Both the position numbers and the translations under genes were made by a program. A DNA stretch of 64,000 nucleotides from Eledone cirrhosa (taxonomy: Eukaryota): the NCBI GenBank assembly GCA_964016885.1, contig OZ024752.1, forward strand, positions 46,934,001-46,998,000, written 5' to 3'. Shown piece after piece: positions 12,767-25,262 of this stretch. Below the pieces are notes generated by a model. The model saw nothing but the letters and a program-made list of their open reading frames with translations. It made no database searches and was not told where the DNA came from. Every line of letters starts with the position of its first letter. Position 1 is the stretch's first letter.

Positions 12767-13479
12767 TTCTTACATAATAAGGTTATATAAGGTTACGTTC
12801 TCGAGGCAATCCAAGTTAAAACAAGGGAACGAACAAAGATGATGTTCTTGAAACCTTCAACTGTTCCCTTGTGAGCCCTATTTCTCCTCCACCATATATA
12901 TATAAAAACCGACCTTACCCTATTACACCTCTCAAAGGCGATGACACACGACCGTGACCTCTGGCTTCACGCAGTAATACAGAAGACCCACGGGTACAAG
13001 CTGAAGCATATGGACAATATGCCCCCACACCCTCCCACTGCAAAGTGGTCGTGGAGGTGCCACGGCAAAAAAGCACCCAGCCCACACTGTAAAGTGGACG
13101 TGTAGGCGCCACAGAAAAAAAGCCCCCAGCACTCACTGTAAATGAGGTTGGTGTTAGGAAGGGAATCCAGCTGTAGAAATCAAGCCAGAATCAGTTCCCG
13201 TATGAACAAGTCATGGTCAGCCGACCGGACACTGCCCACAACAGGACAACCTGTCTAATCCATGCTAGCGTGGAAGAACGGACGTAAAACGGTGATGATA
13301 TATATATATACTGACACACACACATATATCATCAACATCATCATCATCATCGTTTAACATTTATTTTCCACTCTAGCATGAGTTAGATGGGTTGTCCCCA
13401 TTAGGGGCAAGTTGGATCAGGTGACCGTGCCTTGCTCATATAGAACTGTTATATATATGTGTATGTGTGTGTGTATATA

Positions 13480-14032
13480 TTGGGTTAGTGCATAATTATT
13501 GCGGCAAATCGGTAAAAATTCTGACAAGTTCGGCTTTGTTGTTATCGGAGAGTTCGTAGGGGACCCACCCAGCCAATTTCCATACTTTTCCGAGCTTTTT
13601 GAGACGACGAACGATGGTTGAATGGTCCAAATTGAAGTCTTCGGCCAACATTCTCCTTGTTAAGCTTTTGTCCTCTTCCACGGCTGCCAAAAGTGCCTGG
13701 TCATTGAAATTTGATGGTCGACCTCTTCCTTCTTCATCTACGAGGTTTGTATCGCCCGATTTGATCTTCCTGAACCGTCTTTCAACTTGGCTTTTGCTGA
13801 TTGTTCCTTCACCAAAAAGTTCATTGAGATCGTGAAATGACTGAGGCTGCATTCCAACCTTTCTCGAAGCGGTAGAGCATAATATGACGAATGTGGATAT
13901 GATTTTCGATACGTATTCTGAAAAGAGAAAAACCCGACCGCCATTTAAAGATGTTCTTGTTATATATTGTTATTGTTTTTGTTAAATAAAATTTGTTGAA
14001 AAAAAAGCCGCAATAGTTATGCACCAACCCTA
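13480..14032 (-). mobile_element. Internally deleted mariner element (553 bp)
   Basis: TA-flanked TIRs ttgggttagtgcataattattgcgg / ccgcaatagttatgcaccaacccta; HTH region and WVPYEL motif; catalytic domain absent. Confidence 0.92.
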
Positions 14033-14356
14033 TATATATATATATATACATACACACACGCGCACACAGACATATACATAGATATACAGACACACAGATA
14101 TCCAGAAACAGATACATATATATACAGCACAAATATACAGACATACATACAAATATAGACACAAACAGATAGACAGACATACATACAAATGTACTAACAC
14201 AGGCATAAATATCCAGACACGCGCACACACACATATATAGGTACATACACATACATATAATACATACACTGATATACATATAATACATAGATACACACAT
14301 ATACTACACACACACATTCTATTCAGTGACTGAAAGAATACGATCTCAAATATATT

Positions 14357-14397
<41 letters not shown>

Positions 14398-14675
14398 TTT
14401 AGGAATAACCAAAGAGTGCTAAGAGATACATTCACTCTTTGGTTATTCCTAAACTTATAACGGCTCTGTAGTGTACTAGTTATCCTACATTGAGCTAAAA
14501 CCACACTGTCATACCAAGGGCAATATATCTGCGTGTCTGGGCACATTGATATACTTGTCAACGAAACTATATATATATATATATATATAGTAATAATAAT
14601 AAAATTGAAGACTAAAATCCAAAGAGGGCTCGATAAGGATAAATATATATCAAATATATAAGAACCGTAGAGCAA

Positions 14676-14818
14676 ATATTTATTAAAATAACAGATTAAA
14701 GTTTAAGCAAAGAATCGCTGCTTTCACCCTTAACGGGATCTTCTGAAACTGAAGATCCCGTTAACGGTGAAAGCAGCGATTCTTTGCTTAAACTTTAATC
14801 TGTTATTTTAATAAATAT
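14676..14818. repeat. Fold-back palindrome, 68-bp arms, 7-nt loop, carrying a CTGAAGA...GAAA core
   Basis: 14676-14743 versus 14751-14818, one mismatch. Confidence 0.9.
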
Positions 14819-14989
14819 ATATATATTTATATTTATATATCATTACAAATAAATTCTATTACGGTTCTATAAATTTGCAGTAGAATAACGTTGCAAATAT
14901 GTTTTAAATGTCCAATATATTATACATATGACTATCCGATAGTTTTTTATGGAAGAATTTGAACTAATTCCCTGTGTCTTCTTACCTAG

Positions 14990-15034
14990 GCTTATGGCGC
15001 TGAAGCTGAGAGAAAACTGAATGTTCCAGGGGAG
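14990..15034 (+). CDS. FDXR: FDXR exon (45 nt)
   Basis: cctag/...GAG|gtaata; AYGAEAERKLNVPGE (cf. SYGAEDHRALEIPGE). Confidence 0.93.
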
Positions 15035-15604
15035 GTAATACACTTTCTTTCATATTTACTGAATCAACCGTAAATATTTTGGCAAAGGAATTATTTCGAA
15101 ATTATTAATTCCAGGAAAGATTCTCGTTAGTAAATTCTTTAATTAAAAGTGCTATTGGGTGGGGTGTAGTGGTATAAGGTGGAGATAGTTGGTATAGAGA
15201 GGTATATGGTGGGGGTTGGTTGATATAGAAAGGTATATGGTGGGCTGGTGGGGGTATTTGATATAGAGAGGTATATGATGGGGGTTGGTTGATATAGAAA
15301 GGTATATGGTGGCGTGGAGGGGTATTGGGTGGTGGTAGTTGATATAGAGAGGTATATGGTGGAGGTAATTGGTGGGGTGAGATACAAGGTGGGGTGGAGA
15401 GATATATGGTGGGGTTAGTTGACATAGAGAGGTGGGGGTGGAATGGTATGGATGGTGATAGTTGCAAAGGAGCAGAAAGTACAGTGGCATTAGATATTGA
15501 AATATTTTATGTCTCTCCAAATAATGTGTTTTTGTCTGTATTTTTCGTTTATATTCAAACAAAACTTGTTAAACTTGTTTAACAACATTTTTTAACCAAT
15601 TCAG

Positions 15605-15673
15605 GAACTACCAAATGTTTTCTCAGCCAGGCGTCTTGTTGGTTGGTATAATGGTCTGCCTGAAGACAAGGAT
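15605..15673 (+). CDS. FDXR: FDXR exon (69 nt)
   Basis: ttcag/...GAT|gtaagt; ELPNVFSARRLVGWYNGLPEDKD, containing the SAR..VGWYNGLP motif. Confidence 0.96.
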
Positions 15674-16737
15674 GTAAGTATTTATATATAGGTATATATG
15701 GTATATGTATATATGGTAGTGAGACATAAGCAGCAACTGCAGAGGATATGTGATTGCTGGAGAGAAATGAAGCAAGCATGCTCCGTTGAAGTGCAATGTC
15801 AATGTATGTGAACAACCAAGCATAGATGAGTTGAGAGAGAAACTGGGTATAAAAGGGATAAGTGGTGTGCGGGAGAGAATACTGAGATGGTATGGACATG
15901 TGATGCGCATGGAGGATGACCGCTGGGTAAAGAAGTGCCAAGAAATCCCAGTGGAAGGAAGACGCAGTTGAGGAAGACCACTAAAAACATGGGTGGAGGT
16001 GGTGAGAGCTGACCTCAGATTGCTGAAGCTCATGGAGGAGATGACGAAGGATCGTGACAAGTGGAGAGATGCTGTATTGAATAGGACCCATCCCACCCTT
16101 GCAAGCAGGGAAAAGCGGACCTAAAATGATGATATGTATATATATATATTTAGATTTATTCAATAATCTATGTGTGTCTGTGTGTTACCATATATCAGTT
16201 ATATGTAACAACAATACTATATATGTTTTTTTGTGTCTGTCTGTATGTCACTTTGTTCCAACCTTATGTAACATCACAGAGTTGCTGAAGCATGGAACAA
16301 ACTGCCTGCGTCAATTGTTAGCTGCCGAGACACTGCATCCTTTAAGACACTCATGCTTCCCGAAATACGCCAAAACTACACCTGATGTACCCCTTCCATA
16401 CACATGCACACGTGTGTATCATGACTCGTGCACTGTTCATTTTACGGATGTTTGTGCATTGCCCTATGTACTGTACATGCACTTTTTTTGATGAGTTGTG
16501 GTGCACCTGGGCACTGTACACAATATTTCATTATTGTTATTATTATTATATCATGACTCATACACTGTTCATTTTCCTGACATTTGTACATTATTCTATG
16601 TACTATACATGCACCTTTGATAAGCTGTAGTGCACCTGAGCACTGTACACAATAATTTCATTATATATATATCAGTATGTCACCCATAGGTAACAATATT
16701 AAGTCCACTCAATACAAAGTTATGTTGTTATTTTCAG

Positions 16738-16839
16738 TTACCAGTTAACCTTAATATTGAGAGTGTTGCTGTTGTTGGTCTTGGTAATGTGGCCTTAGAC
16801 ATTGCAAGGATTCTGTTGACCCCGGTTGATCTACTGAGG
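16738..16839 (+). CDS. FDXR: FDXR exon with NADP(H)-binding GxGxxA motif
   Basis: tttcag/...AGG|gtaagt; 102 nt; LPVNLNIESVAVVGLGNVALDIARILLTPVDLLR. Confidence 0.97.
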
Positions 16840-17532
16840 GTAAGTCACATTTGATTCAGGATTCAAGTTTTCGGGGTAGATCATTGTTTCATTAAATAAA
16901 GAAATTATTTAGGGAGGGTTTGTTTTTTTTGTTGATCTTTTATGCAGTGTCAATAATTTAATTAGAGAATTAATGAGCACAGTTCATAGGAATTTCAGGC
17001 CCTCCTAGACAGATGGATTCCTTGAACTCTAGTATCCTGGTTGAATTGTAGCTTCCCAGATTTGATCATACTGGAGATTTCCATCAGAGAGAGAGAGAAA
17101 GAAAGAGAGAGAGATAGAGAGAGAGACTTTAAGGAATCAAAATTTTACTTTGTGTTTTAATTTAAAACAAAATAATAATAATTGTTTCTTCTTTTGGCAC
17201 AAGGCCAGCAAATACCCAGTACATTACTGGTACTTTATTTTATCGACCCCGTAAGGATGAAAGGCAAAGTTGACCTCGGCGGGGTTTGAACTCAGAATGG
17301 AAAGGGCCGAAACTCTATGCGTCAAAGCATAATGTCCGACTCTCTACCGATACTGCCAATAATAATTATTTAAAGTTAACCTCGGCAGGATTTGAATTCA
17401 GACCGTAAAGGGACGTAACTATGCTGGAAAGCATGGCGTCCGCCCCTCTACTGATACTGACAATTCACCTAATGAAAGTTATTGTGTACAGTTCTCAGGT
17501 GCACTAAAGATATCAAATACTTTTAATTTCAG

Positions 17533-17725
17533 AAAACCGACATTGCAGAACATGCATTATCAACTTTAGCAACAAGTCAAGTGAAACATGTCCACCTAAT
17601 TGGTCGTCGTGGTCCATTACATGTAGCATTTACTATTAAAGAACTGCGTGAAATGATTCATTTACCTGAGGCTTGCCCTAATATGAAGAAAGAAGATTAT
17701 GTATCACTGGACAGTTTCTTGGAAG
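17533..17725 (+). CDS. FDXR: FDXR exon
   Basis: tttcag/...G|gtttgt; 193 nt, phase 0-1; KTDIAEHALSTLATSQVKHVHLIGRRGPLHVAFTIKELREMIHLP... Confidence 0.97.
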
Positions 17726-18873
17726 GTTTGTCTGCTATTTTCTTTCTCAGTATTTCTTCTGCCATGTGGTGGTGGGGTTTGGATATTTCTTCAAATTGAA
17801 CTATAAAAATGTTTTAGATCTCAGTTTCATCTTGTGTGAAAATAAACAATAAAAGGATAAAATGTGTAATGTTCCTCTATTGAGTTTTGTATCTATTTTG
17901 ACTTCATACTGTGCTTATGTTTACAATTGTTTAACCCTTTAGTATTTAAATCAGCCATATCTGGCCAGTATTCTCTCACCTCTTTCTGTTCAAACCGGTC
18001 GTAACTGGCCCCTCATGCTGGGTATTGTTCTCAAAATGAATAATCTAAAAATCTCATAGATTCGATATTATGTGAGATAATTATGTGAAGTAAAGCCTTT
18101 ACCCTGAAAATGTAATAGTAAACATAGAGTAATATAAATGCCAAAGGGTTAAGCCAGCCATATCTGGCCTAAATTCTCTCACCCCTTTCAGTTCAAACTA
18201 GCCATAACTGGCTGCTCCTACTGACGTTAAGGTATTGTTCTCAAAATAAGTAATATCAAAATCTTGTAGATTCGATATTATGTGAGATAATTATGTAAGA
18301 TAAAGCCTTTACTGCAAAAATACAATAGTATATATAGAGTAATGTAAATGTTAAAGGGTTAAGATAGTTTAAAATGTGCTAATGTATAAAATTATTTATA
18401 AACATAAAACATATTTTGGAATTAACACACAATTATTTATTAAAATGTTTGTATATTTTATGAAAGATCAGTTTGTTAGATTATGTATAAATATTGAAAA
18501 TATGTGAACCACTTTCCAAATCTCTGGACACAACTGAAGCAAAATGGACGCATCTCCTTCACCATCCTCCGTGGAAACACAATGTCTATTTTGTCCACCT
18601 GGGCAGCCAGCCATGTGCCCACATTTGCTTATAAAAGTGAGAGCTGGAGAGACAGAGGCAGTGACAGTGGCTGTTTGGTTCCCTTGTAATCGGACATGAT
18701 GTATATGTATATATTTATTTACCTCACCACGAAGGGTTATCTAAGTCACCTCATGTTAAGATTTTAACAACCTTATATAAAGAAATTTTTCTACTCTGGG
18801 ACCCCTTTATCTGTTGAACGTATTTAAAATATGAGCTGCCACTGACAAAAGCTAGCTTCTCTGTCAATTTCAG

Positions 18874-19067
18874 GCCTACCCCGACCTCGTCGCCGTCTTA
18901 CTGAACTTCTGTATAAGACAGCCATTACACCAAATGAGAAAGATTTAAAGTTTTGGAGCCAAGCAAATCGCAACTGGTATATCCACTTTCAGAGAAGTCC
19001 AAGGGAGATAATCAGTGATGATTCATCAAAGATAACTGCTCTAAGATTAACAGTAAACGAGCTCAAG
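18874..19067 (+). CDS. FDXR: FDXR exon
   Basis: tttcag/...AAG|gttaga; 194 nt, phase 1-0; LPRPRRRLTELLYKTA...HFQRSPREII...LRLTVNELK. Confidence 0.96.
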
Positions 19068-19848
19068 GTTAGAATTACTTTGCATGACCTGAAGTGTTGA
19101 TATTAAAATAAATAAAGTTAATAGTAGAACCATAAGAGAGTCGATCGACTATATCCTCAGAGTTCGATTCCCATCAAAGTTTATTTTGCTTTCATCCCAC
19201 CGAGTTCAATAATATGGGCAGAAAACCAGAGCTTTGAATGGAGGTGTGAATTGATTAAATCGACACTAGTAATTGACTGGTTCTTTAATTTATTGACTCC
19301 ATAATGATATAAGTCAAAGTTAACTTTGGTACAATTCGAACTTAAAAGGTAAAGAACTGAATCAAATAGCCTAAGATTCACTCCACCGTCCTCCTATTAG
19401 TCTAACATTGCAGGAAGACCGTTTTCATGTGTTCATAATTTTAGACAGAGTTATCTCCCTCGTGGAGTATAACATTCAGTTCTCCATTTTCATTGATTTA
19501 TAAAATAATTATACGAGGTATAGTTCTGTATTATTTCAGTTAAGTTCTTGATATCAAAATGTATTTATATTTGTTTACATTTTCACAGCAAGACTTATAA
19601 TTTTAAAACCACTTCAGCTTCTATTTTAAAGAATTCATATTTAAATTAAAATCTTCCAGCGTAAATTTATATCAGAACCTTATATTAAGTTACTATCTTA
19701 GTCATGAAATAATTAATAATTTTACTAAATCCTTCTAAATTCTTTATTAATTAATTGCAATAGAGTGAATTTTATTAGAAAGTATTACATTTATCTTAAA
19801 TATTCTATTATTATTGATAATAAATTGTTGCCATTTCTGTTATGATAG

Positions 19849-19914
19849 GGACAGGACCCACTAAACCAGAAAGCTGTCCCCACAGAACAAACTGTTGACC
19901 TTCCATGTGGATTG
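19849..19914 (+). CDS. FDXR: FDXR exon (66 nt)
   Basis: gatag/...TTG|gtgatt; GQDPLNQKAVPTEQTVDLPCGL (cf. AVPTGDMEDLPCGL). Confidence 0.92.
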
Positions 19915-20170
19915 GTGATTATTTTACTATTTTGTTGTTATTTTTTTTTTTTTTATATAAAGAAATTAAAGCATCTTCTATTTGTTTCGCTTCATTATTC
20001 CACTGAGATGGGGGCAGACGTGTGCAAAGTTAGTAGTAGGTAAGTGCCAAATGTGGAATTTACCCCCCCCCCCCCCCCCACACACACACATTTGAAATTG
20101 TTCATTAAACATTTTAGTAATTAGTGCTAAATATGTTTGATTTATGTATGGGTAACTATTCACAAATTTC

Positions 20171-20275
<105 letters not shown>

Positions 20276-20632
20276 ACTCTTTTCCTACTATATGAATGTA
20301 AAACTAATAATATATTTCTTCATTGTACTGTCAATTACTTTGTTCTTTCTGTTTGTCCTTTGCATACATACATATATATATATGTGTGTGTGTGTGTGTA
20401 TATATATACACACACACCTGTGTGTATATATATATATATACACACACACCTACATACACATATATATATATATATAAGGAAAAGAAATCGAAAATGCAAC
20501 GGGAGTCTTTTTAAGAATATTTGTTTATTTCCTTTACCAGTTTCACAGTTCTTATGCTTTTCAAAAGTAGAATTGAGATGGAGGGTTTGTGGTTGCACAT
20601 CCGAGACAAACCACAAACCCTCCATATGTGTG

Positions 20633-20677
<45 letters not shown>

Positions 20678-21425
20678 ATATATATATACACACACACACA
20701 CATATATATACATTGAAGTTCCAACATCTGGCAACTAGCTTGCTAAACACCCACAAAATCATTAACCATCTTGCCAACAAGAACCCTGAGTACCTTTTTG
20801 ATTTCCATGTGTCTAACACACGTGGGCATGCCCACAAAGTCAGAAAACAGCACAGCTCCCATGACTTTCGGAAAAAGTTTTTTCACGCTCAGAGTTGCTG
20901 AAGCATGGAACAAACTACCTGCATCAGTTGTTAGCTGTCGAAACACTGCATCCTTTAAAGCCTCCATGGAACAAACTACCTGCATCAGTTGTTAGCTGCC
21001 GAGACACTGCATCCTTTAAGCTTTTAGCATTTAAACCGGCCGTATCCGGCCCAAATTCTCTCACCTCTTTCTGTTAAAACTGGTCATAACTGGCCCCTCA
21101 TACTGATATTAAGGCATGATCTCAAAATAAATAATATCAAAATTTCATAGATTCGATATTATGTGAAATAATTATGTGAGATAAAGCCTTTCCCATGAAA
21201 ATATAATAGTAAAAACAGAGTAATGTGAATGCTAAAGGGTTAAAACCTCCATGCTTCCCGAGATTTGCCAATACTACACCTGATATCTCCCCTCCATACA
21301 CACACACACACACATGTATATCATGACTCATACACAATTCACTTCCCTGACATTTGTACATTATTCTATGTACTATACATGCACCTTTGATGAGTTGTAG
21401 TGCACCTGAGCACTACACAATAATT

Positions 21426-21463
<38 letters not shown>

Positions 21464-21506
21464 TATATAATATATAAGAACAAAAGATGGTTAAAAGAGT
21501 TCCATG

Positions 21507-21577
21507 TATTTTATTATGCGCATTTCAAAAACAAATATCATCATGCAATAATATTTGTGTTTTCATCAGATAAAACA
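21507..21577 (-). ncRNA. Minimal type I hammerhead motif (family A, second copy)
   Basis: Minus strand reads tgttttat-CTGATGA-aaacacaaatat...atatttgttttt-GAAA-tgcgca-TA-ataaaata; flanks homologous to 47058-47195. Confidence 0.8.
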
Positions 21578-21735
21578 TGAAGACATGATATGAAGGTTAA
21601 AAAACACTTGTGGATAGTTCAGTTTTAAATCAACATATCTTCCTGTTTTATCTGATGAAAACACAAATATTATTGTAGAGTGCTACTTATCCGATATCTG
21701 CATTGCTTTATTGTACTACAATAAAACTCACCTCC

Positions 21736-21769
<34 letters not shown>

Positions 21770-21790
21770 ACTGTGTTTTATATCTGGCAG

Positions 21791-21899
21791 GTTCTCAGCA
21801 GCATTGGTTATCAAAGTCTTCCATTAGATCCACATTTACCTTTTGATACAGTTAAAGGAATAATGCCAAATGACAAAGGTAGAGTCACTGGAGCTAATG
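21791..21899 (+). CDS. FDXR: FDXR exon
   Basis: ggcag/...G|gtatgt; 109 nt, phase 0-1; VLSSIGYQSLPLDPHLPFDTVKGIMPNDKGRVTGAN. Confidence 0.95.
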
Positions 21900-22140
21900 G
21901 TATGTCATAGTTATTTATATTACATATTACTTCTTCCTCTTTTTCTCCTACTCCTCTTCCATTGTCACTGTAGTAGTAGTGGTAGTAGTAGTGGTGGTGG
22001 TGGTGGCAGTGGTGGTAGTAGTAGTAGTAGTAGTAGTGGTGGTAGTGGTAGTAGTAGTAGTAGTAGTAATGGTGGTGGTGGTGGTGGTGGTGGTAGTACT
22101 AGTGGTCGTAGTAGTAGTAGTGGTGGTGGTGGTTGTAGTG

Positions 22141-22191
<51 letters not shown>

Positions 22192-22770
22192 AGGTGGGGA
22201 TGGTAGCGGGGTGGTAGTGGTAGTAATAGTAGTAGTGGTGGTGGTAGCAGCAGCTGCAGTAGTAGTAGCAGCAGTAGTAATAGTAGTATTATCACCATCA
22301 TCACCATCATCATCACCATCACTGTTGTCATGGTGATCACCACTGCAGTCCCACTTAACGACACCTTTGGGTTGTGTCTTCTACTTTAGCCATGGGCCAT
22401 CCGATGCCTTGTGAGTAGAATTTGGTTGGCAGAGACTGTAAGGAAGCCTGGTCCAACCCATATCAGCATTGGTTGGTGGTGGTGGTGGTGGTTTCTAATT
22501 TAGGGCAAATTTCAGCAAATTAGGGAGAGAGGAGGGTAAAAGTGGGTTAAATCGACCCCAAAAAGACAAAAAGGACCAAAAGGCTAATAATAATAATAAT
22601 GAAATTATTGTGTACAGTGCTCAGGTGCACTACAACTCGTCAAAGGTGCATGTATAGTACATAGAATAATATACAAATGTCAGGGAAGTGAATAGTGTAT
22701 GAGTCGTGATATACGTGTATATGTGTGTGGAGGGGGAACATTAGGTGCAGTGTTGGCGAATCTCGGGAAG

Positions 22771-23445
22771 CATGGAGGCCTTAAAGGATGCAGTGTCTCG
22801 ACAGCTAACAACTGATGCAGGTAGTTTGTTCCATGGAGGCTTTAAAGGATGCAGTGTCTCGACAGCTAACAACTGATGCAGGTAGTTTGTTCCATGGAGG
22901 CCTTAAAGGATGCAGTGTCTCGACAGCTAACAACTGATGCAGGTAGTTTGTTCCATGGAGGCCTTAAAGGATGCAGTGTCTCGACAGCTAACAACTGATG
23001 CAGGTAGTTTGTTCCATGGAGGCCTTAAAGGATGCAGTGTCTCGACAGCTAACAACTGATGCAGGTAGTTTGTTCCATGGAGGCCTTAAAGGATGCAGTG
23101 TCTCGACAGCTAACAACTGATGCAGGTAGTTTGTTCCATGGAGGCCTTAAAGGATGCAGTGTCTCGACAGCTAACAACTGATGCAGGTAGTTTGTTCCAT
23201 GGAGGCCTTAAAGGATGCAGTGTCTCGACAGCTAACAACCGATGCAGGTAGTTTGTTCCATGGAGGCCTTAAAGGATGCAGTGTCTCGACAGCTAACAAC
23301 TGATGCAGGTAGTTTGTTCCATGGAGGCCTTAAAGGATGCAGTGTCTCGACAGCTAACAACTGATGCAGGTAGTTTGTTCCATGGAGGCCTTAAAGGATG
23401 CAGTGTCTCGACAGCTAACAACTGATGCAGGTAGTTTGTTCCATG
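22771..23445. repeat. 61-bp tandem array (11 units) inside a CR1 3' fragment
   Basis: Unit catggaggccttaaaggatgcagtgtctcgacagctaacaactgatgcaggtagtttgttc; (23442-22771)/61 = 11. Confidence 0.95.
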
Positions 23446-23859
23446 CTTCAGCAACTCTGAGGGTGAAAAAATGTTTCCGAAAGTCATGGGAGCTGTGCTG
23501 TTTTCTGACTTTGTGGGCATGCCCACGTGTGTTAGACACATGGAGATCAAAAAGGTGCTCAGGGTTGTTGTTGGCAAGATGGTTAATGATTTTGTGGGCG
23601 TCGGAGCTTCAATGTATCCATGCCCAGGGAAGCAAGGCGTTCAGAGTATGGTAGATGCCTGATGTCGACTTTGGGCGGGATTTGAACTTAGAATGTAAGA
23701 AAGAAACAAAGCAAATACAAATACCACATGACATTTTGTCTGACGTTCTAACTATTCAGCCACACCACCACCATTTTATATATGATGATGAAGAGGCTGG
23801 TGATGGAGATGGGGATGGTGTTGATGATAATGAGGATGATGTATGTGTTTTTTTTACAG

Positions 23860-24027
23860 GTGTTTACTGCTCAGGCTGGTTAGGTCGCGGTCCTACGGGT
23901 GTAATTCTTAACACTATGAATGATGGCTTTGTAACTGCCAAGACACTCCTCAAAGATCTCAAATCAAATGTGTTGGACTTAAAGAAACCAGGCAAAGATG
24001 TTATTCTTCACCACCTGAAGAATATAG
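23860..24027 (+). CDS. FDXR: FDXR penultimate coding exon
   Basis: tttacag/...G|gtaaga; 168 nt, phase 1-1; VYCSGWLGRGPTGVILNTMNDGFVTAKTLLKDLK... Confidence 0.97.
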
Positions 24028-24106
24028 GTAAGATTGATTTAACATACTTTCCCCCTCCCTCTCTCTCATTGAAAAGGGCTATGGGCAGAACCCCTCCCTT
24101 CCACTA

Positions 24107-24480
24107 ATGTTAAGGGCCATGAAAAGAAAGGATCGTGAGCACAGCCCTTCTCTTTCACCATTGTTAAGGGTTCAGAAAAGAAAGGGTTATGAGCACAGCC
24201 CCTCTCTTTTACCATTGTTAAGGGCTCGGAAAAGAAAGGGTTATGAGCACAGCCCCTCTCTTTTACCATTGTTAAGGGCTCGGAAAAGAAAGGGTTATGA
24301 GCACAGCCCTTCTCTTTTACCATTGTTAAGGGCTCGGAAAAGAAAGGGTTATGAGCACAGCCCCTCTCTGTTACCATTGTTAAGGGCTCGGAAAAGAAAG
24401 GGTTATGAGCACAGCCCTTCTCTTTCATCAGTGTTAAGGGCTCGGAAAAAAAAAAAAGGATCATGAGCACAGCCCTTCCG
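24107..24480. repeat. 54-bp minisatellite (~7 units) in the last FDXR intron
   Basis: Unit gttaagggctcggaaaagaaagggttatgagcacagcccctctcttttaccatt. Confidence 0.92.
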
Positions 24481-24573
24481 TCCATGACTAAACAGTAAAA
24501 AATAAAAAAAAAAGGATCTTTCTTTTACCAGTTAGAACTGGTTATAATTTGGGACTTTACTTTTCTATTCCAG

Positions 24574-24719
24574 GTGTCCAAACTGTGTCCTTTAATGACT
24601 GGACAAAGATTAACGAGATAGAGATCTCCGATGGTCAACTAAGTCGACAGCCTCGTCAGAAGATTATTGATATTGACAAAATGTTGAAGATAGCCTCTAC
24701 CCCCTCCTCCTCCCCTTAA
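24574..24719 (+). CDS. FDXR: FDXR last coding exon, to TAA
   Basis: ttccag/ phase 1; VQTVSFNDWTKINEIEISDGQLSRQPRQKIIDIDKMLKIASTPSSSP*. Confidence 0.95.
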
Positions 24720-24769
24720 TGTTTTCTTCCTCTCACCGTCCCTCCTTACCTTGTGTTGTTGTTTTTTGT

Positions 24770-24775
24770 AATAAA
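24770..24775 (+). terminator. Probable FDXR polyadenylation signal AATAAA
   Basis: AATAAA ~50 nt after the stop codon, followed by GT/T-rich sequence (ttattgttattgatgtagtagttgttg). Confidence 0.6.
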
Positions 24776-25262
24776 GTATATTTATTTTATCAATACCTTC
24801 AGGAGTTATTGTTATTGATGTAGTAGTTGTTGTTGTTTCTGTATATATACACCCACCAGATAGTAATGTATAACATTATATACACCAATATATACACTCA
24901 TATATACACTAATGTTTATATATCCATATATACTCTCTACAGACTAATATATAACTTTGCCTTTCATCCTTACGGGGTCGATAAAATAAAGTACCAGTAA
25001 TGTACTGGGTAATTGCTGGCCTTGTGCCCAAAGTAGAAACAATTATTAACATTACAGTTCAATATATATACCAACATATACACCAATATATATACCAACA
25101 TATACACCTACTACAGATTAATATATCCCATTGCCAACATAAAAGGCACCCGATCACTCTAAGGTGGTATTGCTGGTGCCACAACAAAGGGTAAAGGGTA
25201 CCATTAAGACCAAGTAGGCATTCACTTAGTGTGTAGACCTCAGAGAGGCACATTACTGAACC

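Noticed and set aside
21644-21675. Additional plus-strand hammerhead
   Set aside because: Only the 5' half is present, as a 32-bp inverted duplicate of 21546-21577; no GAAA/NUH half follows.
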